From NCBI GenBank assembly GCA_951406725.2, contig OX597823.1:49352001-49416000 (forward strand): a stretch of 64,000 bases of DNA. Reading direction: 5' to 3'. The notes under the pieces are model-generated. The model saw only the letters and a list, made by a program, of their open reading frames with translations. It was not told the DNA's origin and did no database searches. This stretch comes from Octopus vulgaris. Its lineage: Eukaryota. Made by a program: the position numbers and the translations under genes. This document shows positions 52,963-64,000 of this stretch, one piece after another. How positions within the stretch are numbered: position 1 is the stretch's first letter; the number at the start of each line of letters is the position of its first letter.

Positions 52963-53241
52963 CACATGTATATATATATAAATATATATGTACATGTGAG
53001 TGTATATATATGTATATCATCATCATCATCATCATCATCATCGTTTAACGTCCGCTTTCCATGCTAGCATGAGTTGGACGATTTGACTGAGAACTAAATA
53101 TATACATATATAAATATGTGTGTGTGTGTGTGTGCCTGTGTGTGTATATATATATATATATATGCACACATATATTTATATATATATTTATATATATACA
53201 CACACACACACACATATATATACATATATATACACACACAT

Positions 53242-53300
<59 letters not shown>

Positions 53301-53303
53301 TAA

Positions 53304-56300
53304 CTTTCTTTATTAGTCTCACAGGGCCAAACACAGTGGGGACAAAATACAATGTAGAGCTTTTCTTTTTGAAAGAAAAAGAAAAGGAGAAAATAGATTT
53401 CCGATCAAAGGGGGTCATGTTAAAAAAGAGAAAAAGCAATCAAAATGGATCGTGTATCACAGAAAAGAGTAAAAATGTAAAAAAAAAAAACCCAGATTAG
53501 GTTTATCTGTGGAAAGAAAAGCCTACAAAAAAGACCACTGTAACTTCAGGCAGGGAGGGAAAAACCACACGAGAGCAAAGTGCTCTCTCTTTTTTTGATT
53601 TACAGGATCATGCTCAAAGTGGTTTCCTCATTCGCACATACCATCTTTGCTACGTTCACCCACTATTTATTGAATCTTTCATGAGACAAAACTTGCCTTT
53701 CTATTCTCACCTTCCTTTTCAAGTGGTACTTGAAAAAGTTGATGAGTGATTGGCCAGAGAGGAAAGTGCTTGTTTCTAGGCCTTTCACTCGAGTCCACCA
53801 CACACATTCTTCCACCATGGCCACCAGTTCGATGAAGACTGCCTTGCCTTCCCAGTTAAGGGAAGGTGGCCGAGCAATTTTCAGGATAGACTCAGCAGAC
53901 AACTGAATTTGTCCCATGTATGACAGCAGCTGTTTGGCATAAGCCCACAGGTCTGAAATGGTTGGACACTGCACAAGTGCATGCAGAATGGTTTCGTCAC
54001 TCTGACCGCATCTCGAGCAAATCGGTCCGGTGCATCTCAAACTGTGCCTGTAGAGCTTATCCTGAATAGGCAATGCTTCTCAATAGCACTGCCAGGCCAG
54101 GGATCTCTGGTGATTCTCTATAGGTCCCAGCCCGAAAGTTGTCCTGAACAGGTGGGTCAAGTGTTCTCTGTCAATGCCCAGATTCTCCCTGAGAATGGTA
54201 TCGCACCTCCCCTCCAGTAATCCTCTATAGAATGCCTTTGTGCAATTGAAGTCGCACAAGTTTGGGCCCAGACAGTAGAGTTGCTTGAGAGCAAGGTGGC
54301 ACCTGCCTCGGTCTCTGTCTGATCCATGACTGCAGTTCAGCCAAAGAGACGAGCTGCAGGAAAGCACACCTCACAAGCGGCAACTGCACACCTGTTCACC
54401 ATCGTCTATGATGCACCAGAGATGTCACAGTCTCAGCGTATGTCTACGTATCATCAACCACAGCATGCGGGTAGAGAAATTTCAGTGTGTTCTGTGTGTT
54501 TTGTGTCATGTATATGATTTTAAAGTGTTGTGGTGGTGTTGTGCATGTGTGATTATTTGTTTTGGTATCGTTTTCTACTATGTTGGTGTTGACTAAATGT
54601 ATTCCATTAGGCCTGGATTGTTAGTGTTTATAGCTGTTAACATTGTTGGGGCATTTGGTGTTAGTGTGTTTGTATTAATACTTTTGTTTTCTGCAGGTGT
54701 TTTGGTTTCGGTGGGGGGGGGGGGGTGAACCTTCCTGCTTTGTTTGTCTGCTTCTCTATTCTTTTTTTCCCCTTTTTCTCCTTCCTCCTGTGACCACTTG
54801 CCAATTCTCTGTGTTGTTTTCATCTGACAACATGTCAGAGGAATCAGAAGGTTGGAGGGGAAGGGTATTGAGGTCTATTTCTGAGTGTGTTGATTTTGTT
54901 GTTGGTGTTGGTGCTGTTTGGTAACAGTTGGGATGTGGTGTATGGGTTTTTTGGGGTGGGGTATGAGTCCTTTTGGTTTTCTCTTCTTCTTCTGGAATTG
55001 TTGTTGTTGTTGGTGGTGATGGTGTTGTTTCTGTTCTTGGTGGTGTTGATGGTAGTGTCGTTTGGTTGGGCTGGCTTGTTGGTTGCTGATGTTCCTTCAT
55101 TTGCTTGTAGAGCTGTTTTATCAGTTGTGCATATAGCGGGGTGGGTAGCAGTGCAGGTTTTTTCCCTGGTTTTTGGTTTTCTTGTTGTTGTTGTTCTTCT
55201 TCTTCTTCTTGATCTTGTTGTTATCATTGTTGCTGCTGTTGCTGCTGCTGTTGTTTCTGTGTTAGTGGGCAATTGATTTTCAGGTGTGATTTGCTCCCAC
55301 AAACATAGCAACATGGTTTTCTGCCTTCAATGGCCACATGCATATTCGAACCATCTGCCAGTTTGATTAGATGTGGAATCCTTTCAGTGTTGATTGGATC
55401 AATTTGAGCAAGGATTTCTACTCCTTGACCAATCCAATTTTGCTGGTCTAGGACAGCGATTTCCAAGATATAGATTGCCTCCTTGATATCATAACAAATG
55501 GTAGACACAAGCCATTTTATTTCTATCTCAGGGAGCACATCTTTGATTTTTATTTTTGTGACCCTACGATTAAGGTATGTAGGGATCATCATTAAGCTTT
55601 CGTATTCAAAAGACTTTGTGGAGCGATCCTTGGCTTGTTCTTCACTGTGAAACTAACTTTGATCGTAACTATTTTTTTCCCTTTGGTGATGTAGTCTTTA
55701 AAGGCCCATATGGCCTTGAACATTTTTCAGCTGTTCCTTGGGTGGCAGATTCATAAAGATTTGTTTTTAGGTTGAGTGTCTTGTAAATAATTGTTTCTTT
55801 TTTTAAGTTTCTTCTGTGACTTTTTGTGATGTTTGCAGATGTATGATGTGCTCGTCTTTTTTAAACATTGCCTTACAAGCAAGCAGTTCTTCCATTGAAA
55901 AGGACATAATTCTTTTCTTCAGTTTTAGAGCTGTGGCAAACTTGCTTTGAGTGTTCATGCTGGTTGTGGTGGTGATGGCGGTAGTGGTGGTGGAGGCAAT
56001 GTTTATAGTACTAAACGTCTTAACTTCTTTGTTTGTATTTTCTAAGGCCAAACTGGTGATTTTCTGCGTGTGTTCAAGCGGAATGACTTTCTTTTCTGGT
56101 AGAGGTGAGAAGTTGATGGCTTCCTGGTTTGATTTAGCCATTTTTGTTTAGAAGATGGCAAAGGAAACTGAAGAAAATTTTTTTTAATTTTGAAAATTCA
56201 ACCACAGTGGAGGAATTTCCTATTAAAAAGTTACTGAGGCTGAAGAAGATGTTAAACATCTATTTCACCAAAAGTATTCAACAACGAAACATTTTTCTAC

Positions 56301-56350
56301 ACAAAAAAAGCCAACTTACTTGGAGCTGATCTGTCTACAGTCCATTCATA
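53304..56350 (-). mobile_element. Decayed Tx1/L1-like LINE with most of ORF2 missing
   Basis: ORF1 pieces (55803-56141, 55224-55592) with a CX2CX4HX4C knuckle (CYVCGSKSHLKINC); ORF2 C-terminus CSRCGQSDETILHALVQC..W (53663-54073); U-rich 3' UTR ending AATAAA; no EN or RT core seen. Confidence 0.85.
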
Positions 56351-56386
56351 TCAGAGATAGATAGATAGATAGATAGATATCGATAT

Positions 56387-56632
56387 AGTTAGTTAGTTAG
56401 TTAATTTGGCTCAAAAGCAAATAGCAAGGCCATGTAGGGGGACATGGAGTTAAGTACAGGGTGGTGTTCATGTAAAGAGTTCAGGCCACTTGAGGTCCAG
56501 GGAGGCTTTGAACAAAGCGGTCGTCGGCATCTTCACCATCTCGTCTGGCAGCTTGTTCCACGGATCCACAACCCGGACGGAGAAAGCTCCTCTCCTTCGA
56601 TTGAGATGAAATCGTCGCAGGTAGAGCTTTAT
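56387..56632 (-). mobile_element. CR1 LINE 3' fragment with (TAAC)n tail
   Basis: KLYLRRFHLNRRRGAFSVRVVDPWNKLPDEMV...FKASLD; a different family from the 17-21 kb LINE. Confidence 0.88.
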
Positions 56633-56671
<39 letters not shown>

Positions 56672-56974
56672 TATTTTTTTTTTCTTTTAGACATGATATA
56701 TTGAAAATCCCAGCATGTTCTAATTTAATTTTTTTTTTGTTTTTTATTTTCATATTTGTATATCAGACCCTTTAGTTTCATCTGAAGCTATGAAGTTCCC
56801 AAATTCATTTCTGACATTTCCAGGTTACTTCAGCCTCTTCTTTAGGATGTTGAGTGATGTTGATTTTCGCGCAGCTCTTTTGACAATAGTCAGATAAGCT
56901 TTTTGTTGTGTGCCATTTAGTATTGGGCTCAAAATGCAATATGACTGTTCCCTGAGAAAAATCAAATAATGAAT

Positions 56975-58400
56975 GAAGGGAGGGGGAGGATGGAAAAGTG
57001 ATGGAGGAGGAGGAAAAGGTGGAAAAGGAGAGGAAGAGAGGGAAAGATTGGAGCAGGGTGGAGCAGAGGAAGGAGCAAAAGAGGAAGTGGAGGAGAAGGG
57101 GGAGGAGGAAGTAGGGGAGGAGAGGGAGGAAGTAGAGGAGGAGTAAGAGGGGAAGGGGAAGAAGTGGAGAGGAGTGGGAGGAGTAGAGGAGGAAGTAGAG
57201 GAGGAGGAGGTGGAAAGGGGAGGAGAGAAGGAGGAGTAGGAGGTTGAGAGGAGAGGAGGAGGAGGTTGTGGAGGAGAAGGAGGAGGAGGTGGAGGAGGTG
57301 GAGGAGGAGGAGGGGGTGGAGGAGGAGGGAGGAGAAGGAGGTGGGGAGGAGGAGGGGAGGAGAGGAGAGGAGGAGGTGGAGAGGAGGAGGAGGCGGGGAG
57401 GAGGAGGTGGAGAGGAGAGGATAGGAGGAGGAGGAGGTGTAGAGTAGAGGAGGAGGAGGTGGATAGGAGAGTAGGAGGATGTGGAGAGGAGAGAAGGAGG
57501 TGGAGAGGAGAGGAGAGGTGGGGAGGAGGGAGGAGGAGAAGGAGGAGAGGAGAGGAGGGGAGGAGGAGGAGGTGGAGGAGAGGAGAGGAGGAGGAGGAGG
57601 AGGTGGAGAGGAGAGGAGAGGAGGAGGAGGAGGTGGGGAGGATGAGGTGGAGAGGAGAGGATAGGAAGGGAGGAGGAGGAGGTGGAGAGGAGAGGAGAGG
57701 AGGGAGGAGGAGGGGAGGAGGAGGAGGTGGAGAGGACAGGAGGGGAGGAGGAGGTGGAGAGGAGAGGAGAGGAGAGGAGGAGGAAGCGAGGAGGAGGAGG
57801 TGGAGAGGAGAGGAGAGGAGGAGGTGGTGGATGAGGAAGAGGAGGAGGAGGAGGGAGGAGAGGTGGGGAGGAGGAGGAGGAGGTGGAGAGGAGAGGATAG
57901 GAGGGGAGGAGGAGGAGGTGGAGAGGACAGGAGGGGAGGAGGAGGAGGAGAGGAGAGGAGGAGGAGGAGGAGGTGGAGAGGAGAGGAGGAGGAGGAGGTG
58001 GAGAGGACAGGAGGAGGAGGTGGAGGATTAGAGGAGGAGGAGGTGGAGAAGAGAGGAGGAGGAGGTGGAGGATTAGAGGAGGAGGAGGTGGAGAAGAGAG
58101 GAGGAGGAGGTGGAGAAGAGAGGAGGAGGAGGTGGAGAGGAGAGGAGGAGGAGGTGGAGAGGAGAGGAGGAGGAGGTGGAGAGGAGAGGAGAGGAGGAGG
58201 TTGTGAATGAGGAAGAGGAGGAGGTGGAGGTGGAGGTGGAGGTGGAGAGGAGAGGAGAGGAGGAGGTGGAGGCGGAGGAGGTGGAGGCGGTGGAGGAGGT
58301 GGAGGCGGAGGAGGAGGAGGAGAGGAGGAGGAGGAGGTGGTGGTGGTGGAGGAGCAGGGAAAAAGGGAGCAGGGTGGAGCAGAGGAGGAGGAGGGTGGAG
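56975..58400. repeat. ~1.4-kb polypurine (GGA/GGAGA/GGT) low-complexity tract
   Basis: Almost exclusively G/A on the plus strand. Confidence 0.95.
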
Positions 58401-60791
58401 GCACTTAGTGTGAAATTATTTGTATTTGAACTGAAGACCCCTTAGCTGATATGCCAATTGCTTAACTTCATAAATGCTGAAAGACTCTGTGTTGTTTAAA
58501 ACTAGTCTTACAGAATGCTTCTTGAAAACAGACAGCATACAATCTATAGTAAAAGACCCCCCGTTCAAATGAAGTTTATCCAAAAATAACCAATTATCTC
58601 CATTTCTTCTTATCACCATATCAGATATTCCATACCCTAACACTGTTTTTAATTGAATTACAAAGAAATGAATTAAAGAATTCAACATAGCACAGCAGAA
58701 ATTTTTTTTCTCCATGAAAATGTCCTTATATGGTATTGTAAATATTTACTAGGAAACTACACCTAATAATATTTTGTAAAATTAAGATTTAATAGCATTC
58801 TTGTTGCTAGCTCAGTTACTAGATGCGAGGACAATTTGCTTTTTCTTCGTGAATTCAAATAACAGTGAAATAAGATCACAGATTCCTTTTTATTAGATCA
58901 AGAGAAAATAAAATTTAGTAAATTAGACAAAAAAATTCAAAAATTCAAACCAATATGAATAATGGTATTGTTACTAGCTCACACTCTCTTTCTTCATTGA
59001 GCTCCTGGCTTTCTAGATTGTCAACATAAAAGCAGAAACAAAAATTAAAATCATATCATAATGAATAATTTTCTTTTTAATTGAGAATTTGATTTGTGTA
59101 AGAGTGTGAGCAGAAAGAAATAGAGGAAGGTGAAAAATATGTTGTAAAGCAGATCTCCCTCGAAATCTTTCTCTGAAGCAAGTATTTTCAATCAATGAAA
59201 GAGAAAGAAAGAATAAAGAAATTCATTCATAATAAAAATTAAAAAAAACAATCACAACAACAAAGGGAAAAAACATTAAGTAAGATAGAGAGTAGTGTGT
59301 AAGATAGAGAATAAGAGAATAATAGTTAAAAAATTATTTCAATATTTCAGTCTGAGGGTGGTGAAAATGGGGTGAATAATGGTAAACTGTCTGACTAAAC
59401 ATTCTTGCAGTGTTTGGATTTGTCTCTCTCATTTCAGAGTTCAACCAACTGATGATGTTGATAAAATGGGCATCAATATTTTACTGAGTCACAGTAAATT
59501 GACCATACAGTCCTCCCACCCAAACACCATTCCCTTCCTCTCCTCCTCTAACTACTTTCAAAAGGGGTTTTCTATGGCAAATTGCAAAAAAGAAAAGAAG
59601 AAAAAGAAACGAGAAAAAAAAAAAAGAGACGAGAGAAAAAAAAAACAAAAGAAAAAAATCAATATTTAATAGGAAATCAGCAAAACCAATTTATGGAACA
59701 ATTTCCTATTAAATAACAAATAACCTTAGAATTTTAGCTGCCAAAATTTTAACCATTTTAATTTGATATCATGTTGCAGTCACTAGAATATTGGTAATAG
59801 GTTCTTGTTAAGTTCAGCTCTTGACCCAGTTACAAACATCAGCATTTTGTTTTTTCTTTCCATCCATGTACTTATTTGACCAGCAATGATGGGGGAAAGA
59901 ATGAGTGTTTCTCAACCATCCATTTAGAGACACCCTTCAAAGAATATATAAATTCAGTGAAAACCCATTGAAAAATATCTTTGATTCTAAAAAATGAAAA
60001 GCAATTAACTTTAATTATCACACCAGTGTCAGATAAATAATTATTCATTGATTGATTTATTGACTAATTGAAAAAGATTAGAGAGGTTGTGGCTTGGAAC
60101 TAATGCTCCAATTCAGACTGGGTTACTGAAAAAAACCTTTATTTTCATTATAAGTTATACAGGGAAGAGGAGGAAGGAAAGTTATATAGGGAGGAGGAAG
60201 AGGAAAAGTTATATAAGGTAGAGGAGGAGGAGGAGACACAGTGTCTGTAAACTTTGCCTGACCTTTCATGCTGATGAGACCAAAGGAGCCTATGTCTTGT
60301 CTGAACATCTGAAGGTCAATACCTGCAGTAAAATGATGGCAATGGCGGATGTGAGGAAGGAATGAAGAGTCCAGTTCAAATGCATGCCACTGAAAACACT
60401 CAATGACTAAATAGTGGAGTTAAAATAGTGAGTGATGTGTTTAACATACTCCCCAGACCCCGAGTTAACCTAGAGATGGAAGATCAAATATAACTTGGAT
60501 GTTTCATCATATTAATTTGAATTCAAAAGCAACAATGGCAAGATTGTGTTTTTTTCTTTTATAGAAAACCTAAGTCTTATTAGTAATGTTACATATCTAG
60601 TCAGCTATAGACAGAACTATACAGGAAGGATTTAGGCAGTCCAAATGGCATGGGCTGATGGTTCTGTGGAAATTTCTCTAACCAGTCAGGGACTAGATAA
60701 AGAAATACACTTTTTATATGCTGTACATTGTTTGAGTTCTTTTTCATTCTATTCTGTAATTTGTAAGGATATCATGTACATTCCATGGCAT

Positions 60792-60823
<32 letters not shown>

Positions 60824-61267
60824 TAAACATACTTTCTTGTTCTCAAAATGAAAGGGTCAGCATACATTCCACGTCTTGGTATTTTCTGAATCAAATTTCC
60901 AATTTTAGATCTTAAAATTTTATTTCACCTGAAGAAAGCATTTTCTTTTTCTTGATATAATCAGTTTATTCATCAAAAAAAAAACCCACACATCTGTGAC
61001 AGTTGTAATGAACCTTATAACTTCATTAGAGCCTCGCATATGAAATGCAAGCTAATGAAGTTCATAAAATAATTGTTTGTTCCTTTGTCATCTTATTTTC
61101 TTATTACCACTCTGTACTCAATTAACAAACATACATTGAAGCAAACATATATTGAGTTCTACACTCAGTTATTAGTCTTGCAAGGACTGGTCACATTCAT
61201 CAGTCCTCCCACTCAGTCTCTTAAGACTTTCCATTTATCCTTTGCATCAGCCTACTATGTTCATCTG

Positions 61268-61545
61268 ATAGTTGAAAGACCCTTTCTGTTATTTATTTAT
61301 GTTGTAATTGTACAATTATTTTCATTTTGATGTATAGCTGAAAGGGATTTGACAATTGTATATGTATAATTCTATTTTCTGTTGCACTTGTATTATTATT
61401 ATTTCATCACTTCATGTTTGTCGAATAGTCAGAAGACCCTTTCTGTTATTTATTTATTTGTAAATGTACAATAATTTTCATTTTGTTGTATAGCTGAAAG
61501 GTTTTCATCTGTCGTATGTGCATCATTCTAGCTTTCTTGTTCTTG
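61268..61545 (+). repeat. Diverged direct duplication, period ~157 bp
   Basis: aagaccctttctgttatttatttat...tgtatagctgaaagg occurs twice. Confidence 0.8.
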
Positions 61546-61939
61546 CTTTCATTCTTGTCTTCATTCTGGTATACATTCATTTGTTTTTTCCAGAAGCTTA
61601 ATGCTTTTAGCTTAGTGCCCTGGCACTTACCAGATTTGAGTGGTCTCAGGGATAAAAAAGTGTGAAACTGCTAGGACTTTCCAAACTCTGACCGATGAGA
61701 AAATTTGCTGCAAATGGTCCATGTATCGTGTTTTTGTCCAGTTTCCTGTTATGTTATTGTCTATTTTTCTGTATGTTGTTTTCGTCATTTTCTTTCTGTT
61801 CTACTCTTAATTTATATACATATACATATACATATGCATATATTTATATATTTTGCTTAGTCATTGCAAGACTAATAACCTAGTGTATATTATGTGTATA
61901 TACATGTATATGTATGTATATATATATATATATATATGA

Positions 61940-62278
61940 TGGCACCTTGAGCAAGTGTCTTCTCCTACAGCCTCGATCTGACCAAAGCCTTGTGAGTGGA
62001 TTTGGTAAACAGAAACTGAAAGAAGACCATCGTATATATGTATATATCTATGTATGTGTGTGTATATGTTTGTGTGTCTGTATTTGTCCCCCACCCCTCA
62101 ACATCGCTTGATAACCGATGCTGGTGTGTTTACGTCCCTGTAACTTAGCAGTTCGGCAAAAAAGACCGATAGAATAAGTACTAGGCTTACAAAGAATATG
62201 TTCTTGGGTCAATTTGCTTGACTAAAGGCGGTGCTCTAGCATGGCCACAGTCACATGACTGAAACAAGTAAAAGAGTA
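61940..62278 (+). mobile_element. SINE family A, 5'-truncated
   Basis: Matches the body and tail of 31357. Confidence 0.88.
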
Positions 62279-62291
62279 TATATATATATAT

Positions 62292-62493
62292 TAGGTTGGT
62301 GCATAATTATTGCGGCTTTTTTTCAATAAATTTTATTCAACAAGAAATTTAAAGCACCAATTTAAACAAAATGCCAAGCAGAAATTGAAGATGGTGAATA
62401 TCCTCCAGAATAATCATTTAAAGATGTTTTTGTTAAATGTTGTTATTGTTTTTGTTGAATAAAAGAAGCCACAATAATTATACACCAACCTAA
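62292..62493. mobile_element. Mariner-type MITE
   Basis: TIRs ttaggttggtgcataattattgcggctt / aagccacaataattatacaccaacctaa in TA context. Confidence 0.85.
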
Positions 62494-62498
62494 TATAT

Positions 62499-63635
62499 CA
62501 TCATCATCATCATCATCATCGTTTAACGTCCGCTTTCCGCGCTAGCACGGGTTGGACGGTTTGACCGGGTCTGGGAAGCCAGGGGCCGCTCCAGGCTCCA
62601 GTCTGAATCTGGCAGAGTTTCTACGGCTGGATGCCCTTCCTAACGCCAACCACTCCGTGAGTGGATTGGGTGCTTTTTACGTGCCACCTGCACAGGGGCC
62701 GGAGGGTCCGGCATCGTCACGATCGGATTCGAGCATTTTAACGTGTCAGCGGCACGGGGGCAACGAGGTCCGGGGTACTTTGGGGATCGGGGTATTTTGG
62801 GGATCCAGGGTACTTTGGGGATCCGGGGTACTTTGGGGATCCGGGGTACTTAGAATGGGTAGGGGGTACTTAGAATGGGTAGGGGGGTACTTAGAATGGG
62901 TAGGGGGTATGTGGAATTGCTGCAGAAAGCAGCCCGGGTCTTTGTAGTCACAGCATATCTCCAGAGATCTCGGTCCTTCGCCATTGCCTCAGTGAGGCCC
63001 AATGCTCTGAGGTCATGCTTGACCACCTCATCCCATGTCTTCCTGGGTCTACCTCTCCCCTGATACCTTCAACTGTTTGGGAGTGGCACTTCTTCACACA
63101 TCTCTCTTCATCCATCCGCAGCACATGACCATACCATCGCAAGCGTCGCTCTTGCACACCACATCTGATGCTTCTTATATCCAGCATTTCTCTCAGGATA
63201 CTTACACTCTGTTTTGCGTGCACACTGACACTACACATCCAGCGGATCATGCTAGCTTCATTTCTTTCAAGTCTACGCATGTCTTCTGCAGTCACAGCCC
63301 ATGTTTCATTACCGTGAAGCATGGCAGTTCGCACACATGCATCATATAATCTACCTTTTGCTCTGAGGAGAGGCCTTTTGTTGCCAGTAGGGGTAGGAGC
63401 TTTCTGAACTTTGCCCAGGCTATTCGTATTCTAGTGGTGATACTCTCTGTGCATCCACCTCCGCTACTAACTTGGTCTCCCAGGTAGCGGAAACTATCAA
63501 CTACTTCTAGTTTCTCTCCCTGGAGTGTGATGGAATCTGTTTTCTGAGTGTCTGTTGTGTCTATTGTCCCTGTGCATCTGCCGCACATGAAAGCTATCTT
63601 ATCTGTTAATTTCCCTTTAATGTTGCTACACCTCT

Positions 63636-63637
<2 letters not shown>
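62499..63637 (-). mobile_element. RTE-clade LINE 3' fragment with (GAT)n tail
   Basis: GEKLEVVDSFRYLGDQVSSGGG..RIRIAWAKFRKLLPLL and RTAMLHGNETW..RRLRWYGHVLRM, with frameshifts. Confidence 0.92.
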
Positions 63638-63695
<58 letters not shown>

Positions 63696-63742
63696 TATAT
63701 ACATACACACACATATATATACACACATATATACACATGCAC

Positions 63743-63775
<33 letters not shown>

Positions 63776-63835
63776 CACACACACACACCAGTAGCCCTTT
63801 GTCATCATCAGCATCATGGTCATTATAATTATCAT

Positions 63836-63887
<52 letters not shown>

Positions 63888-64000
63888 TCATTGTCATTGT
63901 CTTCATAAATATTACTCATACTTTTTTTTTCACATAAATTTGATCATAACTGGATGAGTTTAAGAGAATTATCACTTCTTGACTTTATTCTTTCTGTCAA

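Noticed and set aside
56962-58404. 480-aa Pro/Ser/Leu-rich ORF
   Set aside because: Translation of the (CCT)n-like strand of a low-complexity tract; stops are absent by composition and no domain is present.
60265-60320. CTGATGA-GAC...GTC hammerhead-like start
   Set aside because: No GAAA, stem III or stem I partner; similar failures at 26341, 35685, 39240 and 43438.

Overview
AT-rich, microsatellite-dense eukaryotic DNA; the SINE/LINE repertoire suggests a cephalopod such as octopus (inference). No host protein-coding gene is convincingly supported, and almost all short ORFs in the track are microsatellite artefacts. Transposable elements dominate: a young 5'-truncated CR1-group LINE (17094-21106, minus) nested in a decayed DD41D Tc1/mariner element; RTE, CR1 and Tx1-like LINE relics; mariner, maT (DD37D), pogo-like, piggyBac-like and Chapaev-like relics; non-autonomous Helitrons; dozens of tRNA-derived SINEs; and a U6 snRNA pseudogene. 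The most interesting signal is non-coding. The window holds several type I hammerhead ribozyme (HHR) motifs with short, near-palindromic stem III. Three of them (27036-27080, 27208-27252, 30967-31011) belong to one structured ~350-nt family with a non-canonical CCGAUGA core and compensatory stem changes. That family occurs once as a near-perfect inverted dimer and once as a partial head-to-tail repeat (period 340 nt), making it a candidate retrozyme-like or Penelope-dependent RNA system. All alignments and foldings were done by eye; many repeat boundaries are approximate.
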